A DNA stretch of 64,000 nt, taken from assembly GCA_014238535.1 (NCBI GenBank), contig JABAAW010000002.1, positions 6,659 through 70,658 on the forward strand. The letters are read 5' to 3'. Positions within the stretch are counted from its first letter, which is position 1; each line of letters begins with the position of its first letter. Positions 17,261 to 26,599 of the stretch are shown here, piece by piece. Both the position numbers and the translations under genes were made by a program. The notes below the pieces were generated by a model. It was not told where the DNA came from. It saw only the letters and a list, made by a program, of their open reading frames with translations, and ran no database searches. Source of the DNA: Alphaproteobacteria bacterium (lineage in GTDB: Bacteria > Pseudomonadota > Alphaproteobacteria > JABAAW01).

Positions 17261-19669
17261 ATGAAAAAAATAACCAACAAGCATAAACTTAGAGAAATTT
17301 TTTTTTTCGCTATAACTATTCTCGCAATCAACTTAATAATACAAAACTCTCAAGCACAAAAATTAGAAACTAATAAAGAATCTACAATAGGTGGAAAACT
17401 ATGGGCTGAAAAAATAGAATATAACGCTAAACAAAAAACTATGCTCGCAGATGGTAAAGTGCGACTAAACATAAACTACAGCGATGGCTCAATAACTCTG
17501 ATAAGCGACAGCTTGGCATACGACTTCAGAAAAAAATATATTCGCGCAAATAAACCACATCAAGGATGGTTAAACACACAAGGCAAAAACTTAGTCTATT
17601 TCCGTACAATAGAAACAGACCTCGATATGCAACCTATTAGCGGCGAACACATCGCTCTGCGACAAGAAAACTCTAGCGGGGCCTTTACCGCACAAAAATT
17701 CAAGATAAAAAAAAGAAAAAACAGAAAAAACGATTGGGTATTCATAAATGCTCGATACACAAAATGTCCGATTTGTGTAGATAAAAAAGAAAAGCAGCAA
17801 GCACAAAAAACACAGAAAAACAAAGTACAGAATAAAAAAAAATATCTAACAGAAAATACCGCTGATAAAAATAAAAAGAAAAAACTAGCACCACTATGGC
17901 GTTTCGATGCGTCAAAGGTGCGCGTAGAAAATTTCGATAACACAAAACGCACGCCATTTAAACCTAGCGCGCGAGTGCATATGCAAAACGCTCGCTTGAG
18001 CCTCTACGGATTACCCGTCTTTTACTCCCCTTACTTCTCATACCCTCGATTCGGGCAACGCGCCTCTGGATTCCTCGCTCCTATATTCGGTAGCCAAGAC
18101 GCTAAAGGCTATTTCGTTTCCCTGCCTGTATTCTTTGCTCCCAATAAAAAATTCGATATTACATACTTGCCCACCTTCTCATCGACAAAAAAAGACACTA
18201 GCCGATTGGAAATACGCTCCGCATTTGCTTTCGCACAACAAGTGAAAAAAAATAAACCAGAAAAAAAAGCAAATAACACGCACCATTTCGCCCTAAAAGT
18301 TGGGGGAAGTCTACCACACACAAAAATCGCCAGCGGCTCGCAAGCAAAATACTTCGCTTATACCGAAGGAAAATGGTTCGCTCCAATGGGATTCCGCGCT
18401 AATGCTAAGTATAACTTCATCGGCGATAGAGATTATCTATACGAATACGGGCAGGGTATCGATATTCTTTCTAACTTCGCGCCTGATAGGTTGTTAGATG
18501 AAATAAAAATAGAGCACTTCTCGCGCAATGGATACGCAAGCCTCACAGCACAGCAGCAACGCGAATTCTTCGCTAATCCTCGCGCAGACGCAAATATAGC
18601 TCCAGAAATACTATACGAGCATAGCGGCAAATTCGCCGTAACAAAGAGAGCCGCTACATACTGGCAAACTCAAGCAAGGTGGCGAGAAACTACTAAAGAG
18701 GCACAGAAAATTATCAACAACATCCTACCAAGTGAAAAAATACAGCAAAATCTAATCAGCGCATCCGCTATACTCGGAGCGCAAGCATACTTGGGAGCAG
18801 GATTCACAGCAAACGCTAAAACTCGAGCCATCATAGATTATTGGCATCTAGAGGAGGGCCGGAATAAAAGTGAGGCAATACAAATTTTACCAGAAGCGCA
18901 GATAGGCATAGAAGGGCTGTTCGCAGATACATATAAAAATGGAAACAGAATAATCTTCCTCAAACCACTCGTAGATATTTATGCAGCACTCGATAGTCCG
19001 CTAAACGAACATAGCCAAAAACTGCGCGGCATGCCTCAATACTACGGCGCACAGACAAAACTAGGGCAAAGCCTACCATTCAATACCGCAATAGAGGGAG
19101 GGGGACAGCGGGTACTCGCAGGAATCGAAACCGGCGTCAAAGGCGCAAAGGATAGCTACGCTTCCATCTTCATCGCTCCAAGCATACAACGCAGCATAAA
19201 ACCTAACTCGATAGACCAAAATAATAACAACCGCCAGCGCAACTGGCTGGGGCATCTCGTAATCGCTACAAAAGGCTCTTGGCGTTCAAATATATCATAC
19301 GCATACAACGCGTCATGGAAAATGCCACACTTCTTTTGGCTAAGCCAAAATGCAGAACTCGCCGCTAGTTACAAACAGGGAAACATTGCGCTATACTACA
19401 AAGAGTTGCACACAGACGAAAAAAAAACGCAAAAACCATACGAGCAATCCTTAACACTGACTAGCGGAGTCAACTTCTTCGATAAATGGAGCACTAACTT
19501 GGCGCTAGGTTATAACTTCCTGCATGAAAAAAATCCCTTCGATAACATAGGCTTAATCTTGACCTATGACGGAGCATGTGTAACTTTCAAAGCATCATAT
19601 GGCCGTAAATTCTACAACGATAGAAAAGACAGCGATAGTGTTAGTGTATCCTTCAACCTCAATTTCTAA
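17261..19669 (+). CDS. lptD: LPS-assembly outer membrane protein LptD (OstA) with a Lys-rich insertion
   Basis: 802 aa with a signal peptide, an OstA-like N-terminal domain and a long beta-rich C-terminus ending in F. It sits in the conserved lptD-surA-pdxA-rsmA order. Confidence 0.8.
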   Translation: MKKITNKHKLREIFFFAITILAINLIIQNSQAQKLETNKESTIGGKLWAEKIEYNAKQKTMLADGKVRLNINYSDGSITLISDSLAYDFRKKYIRANKPHQGWLNTQGKNLVYFRTIETDLDMQPISGEHIALRQENSSGAFTAQKFKIKKRKNRKNDWVFINARYTKCPICVDKKEKQQAQKTQKNKVQNKKKYLTENTADKNKKKKLAPLWRFDASKVRVENFDNTKRTPFKPSARVHMQNARLSLYGLPVFYSPYFSYPRFGQRASGFLAPIFGSQDAKGYFVSLPVFFAPNKKFDITYLPTFSSTKKDTSRLEIRSAFAFAQQVKKNKPEKKANNTHHFALKVGGSLPHTKIASGSQAKYFAYTEGKWFAPMGFRANAKYNFIGDRDYLYEYGQGIDILSNFAPDRLLDEIKIEHFSRNGYASLTAQQQREFFANPRADANIAPEILYEHSGKFAVTKRAATYWQTQARWRETTKEAQKIINNILPSEKIQQNLISASAILGAQAYLGAGFTANAKTRAIIDYWHLEEGRNKSEAIQILPEAQIGIEGLFADTYKNGNRIIFLKPLVDIYAALDSPLNEHSQKLRGMPQYYGAQTKLGQSLPFNTAIEGGGQRVLAGIETGVKGAKDSYASIFIAPSIQRSIKPNSIDQNNNNRQRNWLGHLVIATKGSWRSNISYAYNASWKMPHFFWLSQNAELAASYKQGNIALYYKELHTDEKKTQKPYEQSLTLTSGVNFFDKWSTNLALGYNFLHEKNPFDNIGLILTYDGACVTFKASYGRKFYNDRKDSDSVSVSFNLNF

Positions 19670-19685
19670 TCATAAATAGCAAGTC

Positions 19686-21002
19686 GTGCAAAAAATACTC
19701 GTAAAAACAATCGCGAAAGCCGCAGTCGCAATTCATATTTTCGCAATCGTACTAACGCCTAAACTCGCATTCGCACTATCGGCAGAAATCGTCGCGCGAG
19801 TCGATGGCGTAATAATCACAGAGCGTGATGTGACAAACAGAGCAGAACTGCTTTATAACAACTTTCCAAGCGCCAAGGCGCACGAAAAAAACGTTCGCGC
19901 ATGGGCTCTCGATACTCTCGTGCTCGAACAACTGCAAAAGCAATTCCTAATAGACGAGAGAGCGTTGGAAGTGAACGATAAAGCCGTCGAAAAACGAAAA
20001 AATATAATAAAAAATATATGGTTCGGCGTAAAAACAAAAAAATCAGCGCGCGAAAAAAAATATGATAGCCAACTGGAGCAAATCGCTCGACAAGGGCTAA
20101 CCTGGGAAGGTTATGTAAACCGTGTCGCTAATTTCAATAACCCTCTAAATGTGCAAGATATGCTCAGCGAACGCAAACGCATAAGTAATATCGCAGAAGA
20201 AAAACAATACCTCGTCGAAGAAATATTCCTGCCACAAATAACTAACGATAAGGCTACACAACTATTCGCTCAAAGCCTATACAAAGATTTAATTCATCGG
20301 ACTTCATTTACTCGACTCAGTCGATTCCTGCAGTCATTCATGCCTTCTACCCATCGCAATACTATACAAGGGGCTGCATATTTATCAGCTAAAAAATCTG
20401 ACGCATACAATGCAAACCTCAATACAAACGCTGGCATCTTCTATAAAAGCGAACTTCCACCCGCCCTCTCGCAGGCTATAGAAAAAGGAAATAGGCAGCG
20501 CATCGATATACTGCCGCCTATAACATCGCCACACGGTATGCACATATATCGGATACAAAAATACAAAGAAAAACGCCGTTCAACACGATATACTTTCTTG
20601 CAGGCAATATTTCTTGAAAGCGCATTCCAAGGCGCACAAGCATTAGCAATTCAATCAGCACTGATACAAGGGGATGCGATATGTAAAAAAACGCAGCAGG
20701 TAGCTGCAGAAATAGGCGCATACGACATAACGACAGCCGAAGACATTCCAGAACAGGACTTATCCGCAGAAATCTTGCAAGTACTAAAAGATTTGAGTCT
20801 AAAGGCAAGCGCAGGTCCATTTCCATTCGCACAAGGGCTCATCGTCTTCTTTATACTCTGCGATAAAAAAAATGTCCTACAGCGCGGAGATACGCAAGAA
20901 CAAATATTATCACGATTGCAGAAAAAACGCACAGGGCAGCTGGCTCTAAACATCATCGAAAAACTACAGATCGATGCAGAAATCGAGCACGCAAATAAAT
21001 AA
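19686..21002 (+). CDS. surA: SurA-like periplasmic chaperone (parvulin-family region degenerate)
   Basis: 438 aa with a signal peptide. Its position between lptD and pdxA supports the call, and the N-terminal part looks like a SurA chaperone domain. The call rests mainly on synteny. Confidence 0.6.
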   Translation: MQKILVKTIAKAAVAIHIFAIVLTPKLAFALSAEIVARVDGVIITERDVTNRAELLYNNFPSAKAHEKNVRAWALDTLVLEQLQKQFLIDERALEVNDKAVEKRKNIIKNIWFGVKTKKSAREKKYDSQLEQIARQGLTWEGYVNRVANFNNPLNVQDMLSERKRISNIAEEKQYLVEEIFLPQITNDKATQLFAQSLYKDLIHRTSFTRLSRFLQSFMPSTHRNTIQGAAYLSAKKSDAYNANLNTNAGIFYKSELPPALSQAIEKGNRQRIDILPPITSPHGMHIYRIQKYKEKRRSTRYTFLQAIFLESAFQGAQALAIQSALIQGDAICKKTQQVAAEIGAYDITTAEDIPEQDLSAEILQVLKDLSLKASAGPFPFAQGLIVFFILCDKKNVLQRGDTQEQILSRLQKKRTGQLALNIIEKLQIDAEIEHANK

Positions 21003-21978
21003 GGCGCGCGCACTTAACTATAAAAACTCTGCAATCGCCATAACATGTGGGAGCGAGGGTGGAATCGGGCTAGAACTATTGGCGAAGGCTTGGCGGAATT
21101 GTGCCATGCGTGTATCAGCGCCAAAATTTTTCCTCGTCGGTTGTCATAACGATATAGAAAAATTAGGCATTCCATGCGAAAAAATAAACGACCCGCAAGA
21201 GGTGACAAGCATCTTCAATCGTGCCTTACCTATAATCGAGTGTGAAAACGCTATAGAATCCATCGATGGCGCAATAGAACTATGTCGTAAAAAAAGCGCA
21301 ACCGCAATGGTGACATTGCCAGTCGAAAAAGAAATCTTCTTGCAAAACAAAAAAATATCCGCAAATAGCGTCAACGGGCATACCGAATATATCGCAAAAA
21401 AATTAGACGCAAAATCATTCGCAATGCTGCTCGTCGCAAAGAATATAAGAGCCCTACCATTAACTCGACATGTATCCATGCGCAAAGCATTAGACGAAAT
21501 AACCATACCGCGAATACTCGAAACCGCGCGCTTACTCAACAACGCGCTAGTCAAAGACTTCGGTATCAAAAAACCACGATTAGCCCTAACTGCACTAAAC
21601 CCTCACGCAGGCGAAGGCGGCATGTGCGGAGACGAAGAAAACCGAATACTCATTCCAGCCATCAAAAACTTACGCAAAGATGGAATCAACATAAATGGAC
21701 CACATCCAGCCGATAGCATATTCCTCGCAAAATCGCGTAAAAACTTCGATTGCGCAATAACCCTGTACCACGACCAAGCACTGATGCCCATAAAACTATT
21801 AGCATTCAATTACGCCGTAAATGTAACGCTCGGATTGCCAATCGTGCGAACCTCGCCAGACCACGGCACCGCGCGTTCGCTCGTAGGTAAGGGAAGCGCG
21901 CACGAGGGAAGTCTGATCGCTTCGATATTCTTAGCGCAAACTATCGCAAATCTGCGAGAAAAAAATTGCGCGACTTAG
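20974..21978 (+). CDS. pdxA: 4-hydroxythreonine-4-phosphate dehydrogenase
   Basis: IAITCGSEGGIGLEL, GHTEY, LNPHAGEGG, YHDQALMP and RTSPDHGTA are PdxA hallmarks. The start overlaps the surA 3' end. Confidence 0.88.
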   Translation: MQKSSTQINKARALNYKNSAIAITCGSEGGIGLELLAKAWRNCAMRVSAPKFFLVGCHNDIEKLGIPCEKINDPQEVTSIFNRALPIIECENAIESIDGAIELCRKKSATAMVTLPVEKEIFLQNKKISANSVNGHTEYIAKKLDAKSFAMLLVAKNIRALPLTRHVSMRKALDEITIPRILETARLLNNALVKDFGIKKPRLALTALNPHAGEGGMCGDEENRILIPAIKNLRKDGININGPHPADSIFLAKSRKNFDCAITLYHDQALMPIKLLAFNYAVNVTLGLPIVRTSPDHGTARSLVGKGSAHEGSLIASIFLAQTIANLREKNCAT

Positions 21979-21980
21979 GA

Positions 21981-22925
21981 ATGCCAGCATCTCTGAACCT
22001 AAAACGCGGATTCGGGCAAAACCTTCTCATATCTGAAGAACATAGGCGCACCGTCGCCCGATGCGCATTCACAACATCAACATACCAAACCGAATCTTCT
22101 GTCGTAATCGAAATAGGCGCCGGCCCAGGGGGACTGACAAGTGCTCTGTTCTCAGAGGGCGTACGCAATGTCTTCGCAATAGAGCAGGATCGGCAATTCA
22201 TTCCAATGCTAAATAGTCTAAAAAAAAAATTAACTGAAACCTGCACTCTCAACATCATAGAGGGCGATGCTAGAAAACTGAATTTTTACGAACTAACTCG
22301 CGCCATATACAGCGATGCCAACAGCAAATCTGTTCCGATAATAGTCGTCGGAAATCTACCCTATAGTGCCGCAACTGCTATCTTGCAAAATTTACTCAAT
22401 TGCAGTGCGAAATTTAACGCCATGGCACTAATGTTCCAAAAGGAAGTCGCGCAAAGAATATGCGCAAGCATCGACAAGCGAGAGGGCACAAAAGGGTATG
22501 CAAAAAAGTATGGAAAAGGGTATGGAAGACTGTCCGTTTTAACGCAGATGCACTATCACGCCGAAGTCTGCTGTAATTTCCCTCCGCAAGCATTCTTCCC
22601 AACCCCAAAGGTACATTCACAAGTGGTGAAATTCATACCAAACTCTGTCTATGTAAGTGAAAATGACTATAAAATAGTCGGCGAATTAACTAGTTTGTTC
22701 TTTTCCTATAAGCGTAAAAAAATTGCTACTATCTTGCGCAACGCCTACAAAAACAAAAATATAAACAATAGCGCTAACCCGAATAATAACTCAAGTAATA
22801 GTGTTTGGCTCAAGGCGGGAGAGACCGTAGATATCGACTTCTCTAAACGCCCCGAAGATATACCAACGCAATCATGGCTCGCATGGGCACGAGCCGTAGG
22901 TGCCATACTAGACGCTAGAAAATAA
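21981..22925 (+). CDS. rsmA: 16S rRNA (adenine1518/1519-N6)-dimethyltransferase with an Asn-rich C-terminal insertion
   Basis: It has KRGFGQNLL, the SAM motif VIEIGAGPGGLT, and VGNLPY. The alternative TTG start is at 21966. Confidence 0.88.
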   Translation: MPASLNLKRGFGQNLLISEEHRRTVARCAFTTSTYQTESSVVIEIGAGPGGLTSALFSEGVRNVFAIEQDRQFIPMLNSLKKKLTETCTLNIIEGDARKLNFYELTRAIYSDANSKSVPIIVVGNLPYSAATAILQNLLNCSAKFNAMALMFQKEVAQRICASIDKREGTKGYAKKYGKGYGRLSVLTQMHYHAEVCCNFPPQAFFPTPKVHSQVVKFIPNSVYVSENDYKIVGELTSLFFSYKRKKIATILRNAYKNKNINNSANPNNNSSNSVWLKAGETVDIDFSKRPEDIPTQSWLAWARAVGAILDARK

Positions 22926-22948
22926 ATGCTAATCGATTATATTCGCCC

Positions 22949-23419
22949 CTATATATAAATCGAATCCTCGTGCAAACTCGAACGCGCGCAAGCATACAGT
23001 GCGACAAGTGCATGCGTCATACCCCCCTCGTCGCTTAAAGAAATCTCAACACAAGCAATAGCCTTATCTGCCTTCTCAGCGCGCGCTCGCGCAATCTTCC
23101 GCGCATTGCCAAATAAGCGCAAAAAAGGCTTGCCACTCGCTAAACGGCCGCTTTCTATATCAGTCCAGAAAACAGGTAAACTAAAGCCTTCACCAGTACC
23201 TAGCCGACGAATACCCGTGCCTAATGCTTTGCTCGTAGCCTCCTTCGCAGCAAAAGCACTCGTAAGCATAGTAATCTTACGCCGATGATTGTGCGCTCCC
23301 AGCGCATCCATTATCTCTTTCTTAGAAAAAACGCGCGCTAGAAACCTATCGCCGAAACGTTTCAACAATGATTCCACCCGATGCTGCGCGCATAGGTCTG
23401 TGCCTAAACCTAAAATCAC
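22949..23419 (-). CDS. acpS: holo-[acyl-carrier-protein] synthase
   Basis: It starts MILGLGTDL and carries FAAKEATSKALGTG. It overlaps pdxJ by 4 nt. Confidence 0.8.
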   Translation of the reverse strand: MILGLGTDLCAQHRVESLLKRFGDRFLARVFSKKEIMDALGAHNHRRKITMLTSAFAAKEATSKALGTGIRRLGTGEGFSLPVFWTDIESGRLASGKPFLRLFGNARKIARARAEKADKAIACVEISLSDEGGMTHALVALYACARSSLHEDSIYI

Positions 23420-24156
23420 GATTCTATATTCGCTCGCGCTGAAAGAATAAGCTCCTTCATTCGCGCAACAACCGTACCTAGCGAATCAAACAACGCTTGC
23501 GCAACCAAAAAATAACCGATGTTCAACTCGCTGATCGCAGGAATGCGAGCAATCGCCTCAACGTTGGAAAAATCAAGCCCATGCCCCGCATGGCATAGTA
23601 AACCGCATTCCTCTGTCGCCATCGCCGCGCGTCGCAGCTGGTTCAATACATCCTCCCTTCCTTCCTTCTCTAGGGCGTAACTACCAGTGTGCAACTCAAC
23701 CGCAGCCGCGCCTAGATCGAATGCTTGCGTAATTTGCGCTAAATCCGCCTCGATAAATAACGATACCTGCGCTCCGCAATCGCGCAAACGCGAAATCTTA
23801 TCCTTTAATCGAGTGCTCGATCGCGCATCTCCATGCAACAATAGGTCGAGACCACCCTCAGTCGTTTGCTCCTCTCTCTTCTCCGGCACCAAGCAGACAG
23901 CCCAAGGGCGCAAGCGCTCGCCAATCGCAACCATCTCCTCCGTCGCCGCAATCTCAAGGTTTAGTCTAAATCCCGCGCTAAGCAAATCCCTAACATCATC
24001 ATCGCGAATATGCCGTCTGTCTTCTCGCAAATGAACAGTGATCGAATCCGCCCCATGCTCGCAAGCTATGCGTGCCGCCGTAACTAAACTCGGATGGCTG
24101 CCCGTACGCGCGTTACGCACGGTCGCAACATGGTCAATGTTAACACCCAGTCGCAT
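23416..24156 (-). CDS. pdxJ: pyridoxine 5'-phosphate synthase
   Basis: It has LGVNIDHVATVRNAR, ITVHLREDRRHI, VCLVPEKREE.TTEGGLD, VELHTG and HAGHGL. Confidence 0.92.
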   Translation of the reverse strand: MRLGVNIDHVATVRNARTGSHPSLVTAARIACEHGADSITVHLREDRRHIRDDDVRDLLSAGFRLNLEIAATEEMVAIGERLRPWAVCLVPEKREEQTTEGGLDLLLHGDARSSTRLKDKISRLRDCGAQVSLFIEADLAQITQAFDLGAAAVELHTGSYALEKEGREDVLNQLRRAAMATEECGLLCHAGHGLDFSNVEAIARIPAISELNIGYFLVAQALFDSLGTVVARMKELILSARANIES

Positions 24157-24170
24157 ACCTCTGTAAGCGA

Positions 24171-24632
24171 CTAACTGCTGGTAGTCCCCTCTGTAGAAAT
24201 AACCTCTTCTTGCTCTAACGCAACATCAGCACTCTCACCCGTGTCTATAACCTCACCACCAATATCATCCGCACTGCCCTTGTCCTTCGTATCGCTAATA
24301 GTTCCTGCAGGCATACCACTACCGCCTATCGCCGCTACAACTTCTTGATTGCCGTAGACTTGGTCATGCTCAGTGTCAGGATCAGTCTCGATCGGTGTGA
24401 AGCGGCGATGGCTACGCACTATCGATTCTTCCAAAGAAACCTCATCAAAGTGACCTTGCGCAATCTCGCGCAACGCTATAACAGCATTCTTCTCATGCTT
24501 AATGTGCTTGTCGAGCGCAACTACAGGTTCTACGCCACTCGCTATCTCGCGACCTCGTTGCGCACCATACATAACCAACCGAAAACGATTGCTAACAACA
24601 TCAATACAATCTTCTATCGTTATTCGAGCCAT
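24171..24632 (-). CDS. rpoZ: DNA-directed RNA polymerase omega subunit with an acidic C-terminal extension
   Basis: The N-terminus MARITIEDCIDVVSNRFRLVMYGAQRGREI is the canonical omega start. Confidence 0.88.
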   Translation of the reverse strand: MARITIEDCIDVVSNRFRLVMYGAQRGREIASGVEPVVALDKHIKHEKNAVIALREIAQGHFDEVSLEESIVRSHRRFTPIETDPDTEHDQVYGNQEVVAAIGGSGMPAGTISDTKDKGSADDIGGEVIDTGESADVALEQEEVISTEGTTSS

Positions 24633-24669
24633 ACTATCACCAAATCTACCATTCTATTTATTCAAGTAA

Positions 24670-26259
24670 CTAAGATACCTTCAAGGCTATGCCAATAAAA
24701 GTCTCGCGCTTGCCCTGCAAGTCGGAAATCTTAACCAAAACAGCCTTCTTACCATCTTTGCGCGCACTAGCGATCAGATTCTTCGCATTAACGCCTGAAG
24801 TCACTTTCTTTCCGTTAATCTCGCGGATAATAGAACCTCGTTGCAAACCCTTCTCAGCAGCATTGCTATTGTTGTCAACTATCAGCAAGCCATCAACCGA
24901 TTTCGGAACCTTGTTTTGCGCACGAATCTTAGCGTTCAGAGAAACTACTCCAACGCCAATGCTTGGCAATTTCGTTACCTCCGTAGTATTACCGTCATCT
25001 CTCGTCTTGCTTTCAGGCGTGGCAGAGCCACTTCCTCTGCTCAAACTCGCACTCCGTTTCTGAGTCAAGCGAGCAACCGTAAGGCTCAAAACCTTCCTCT
25101 TGCCATTACGCCATATCTCAATCGGAACTTTGGTGCCAATCGGAGTCTCCGCAACCATCAACGGAAGACGGTTGTCTCGCGATATCTTCTTGCGGTTAAA
25201 AGAGGTGATAACATCTCCGCTCTGTAGTCCAGCCTTGCTAGCAGGGCTGTTAGCAACAATACTACTGACTATAATGCCACCATCGCGGTAAGAACGTCCT
25301 CCCTTAAGACCAACGCTCTCCGCTATCTCCGGTGTAAGCGGCTGGAACGCTATTCCCATCCAACCACGCTGAGCCTCGCCATACTTTCCTATCTGATCAA
25401 CAATCTTGCGCGCAAGCTTAGACGGAATCGCAAATCCTATACCGATCGAACCACCGTTAGGCGATACTATCGCCGTATTAATTCCTATAACCTTACCTGA
25501 AAGATCGAATAAAGGACCGCCAGAGTTACCACGATTAATAGGTGCATCCGTTTGGATAAAATCGTCATACGGTCCTGCGCGTATGTTACGACCGCGCGCA
25601 GAAACTATACCAGCCGTAACGCTACCGCCAAAACCCAAAGGATTGCCGATCGCTATAACCCAATCCCCGACTCGAGTCTTATCCGAATTTCCCCACGAAA
25701 TCGCCGGCAACGACTTCGTCGATTTAACTCGCAAAACCGCCAAGTCAGTCGAGGTATCATTGCCAACAACGCTCGCATTCAAGCGAGTGCCATCTTGTAG
25801 CACTACATCAATGCTCTCCGCATTATTAATAACATGGCTGTTCGTAACTATAATGCCTTGCGAATCAACAACAAAGCCAGAACCTTGCGAAATCGCTCGG
25901 CGTTTCCTTTGTCGCGGTGTGCCTTGTTGCTCGCGAAACTGGCGGAAAAATTCCTCTAGCTGAGAACCAGGAGGGGCATGAAACTCAAATTGAAAATTAC
26001 CTTGTTTTTTGTTGCTCGATACCTTCTGTTTTACTTGCACATTTACAACCGAAGGCGAGAGTTTCTCGACTATGTCCGCAAACGAATTCGGTGCAGGGCG
26101 AGCCTCGCTCGCGTTAGGGGAGAGGAGAAAAAGCGTAGCTAGTAGAAAAATCAGCGCAAAGCGAAGTCCGCTCGGTAGCACTTTCGTTAGAGGCTCGCCA
26201 ATCACGCTGGAGGAAAGGTTATGCGAAGAGGGTAGGGCTATAATCATCGATCTTGTCAT
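24670..26259 (-). CDS. periplasmic serine endoprotease DegP/HtrA family (trypsin domain plus two PDZ domains)
   Basis: It has TNSHV, DLAVLRV and the active Ser in GNSGGPLF, followed by two PDZ-like segments. The start is uncertain: the ORF reaches 26367, and internal ATGs lie at 26259 and 26247 ahead of the signal peptide. Confidence 0.88.
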   Translation of the reverse strand: MTRSMIIALPSSHNLSSSVIGEPLTKVLPSGLRFALIFLLATLFLLSPNASEARPAPNSFADIVEKLSPSVVNVQVKQKVSSNKKQGNFQFEFHAPPGSQLEEFFRQFREQQGTPRQRKRRAISQGSGFVVDSQGIIVTNSHVINNAESIDVVLQDGTRLNASVVGNDTSTDLAVLRVKSTKSLPAISWGNSDKTRVGDWVIAIGNPLGFGGSVTAGIVSARGRNIRAGPYDDFIQTDAPINRGNSGGPLFDLSGKVIGINTAIVSPNGGSIGIGFAIPSKLARKIVDQIGKYGEAQRGWMGIAFQPLTPEIAESVGLKGGRSYRDGGIIVSSIVANSPASKAGLQSGDVITSFNRKKISRDNRLPLMVAETPIGTKVPIEIWRNGKRKVLSLTVARLTQKRSASLSRGSGSATPESKTRDDGNTTEVTKLPSIGVGVVSLNAKIRAQNKVPKSVDGLLIVDNNSNAAEKGLQRGSIIREINGKKVTSGVNAKNLIASARKDGKKAVLVKISDLQGKRETFIGIALKVS

Positions 26260-26599
26260 CAAGAAGGCTCTATACTGTGAAATTGTAACTGCGGGTGTAA
26301 GGTCAAGGGGGGGTAACTTTCGTATGCGAGGTAGAGAGATACTGCTATCGCTTCGTTTCGAAAACAAGCTCTATCTAGCAGAGAATTATCCGTCGAGGCT
26401 ATCATCCGCTATCGTAGTAAACAATATGGTTTTTTTTATGCTCATATCAAGGGCGATAGTGTAATTTGTAAAAGAATCTTCGCAGGTGCTTGAATCTATA
26501 ATCTAAACATATCAAGCATTGTGCAACAAGTTGTATATAAAAGTTTACAAATAGATAACACAATCGACAACTCAGCTAAGAGATAATCGGGAGGTCTTT

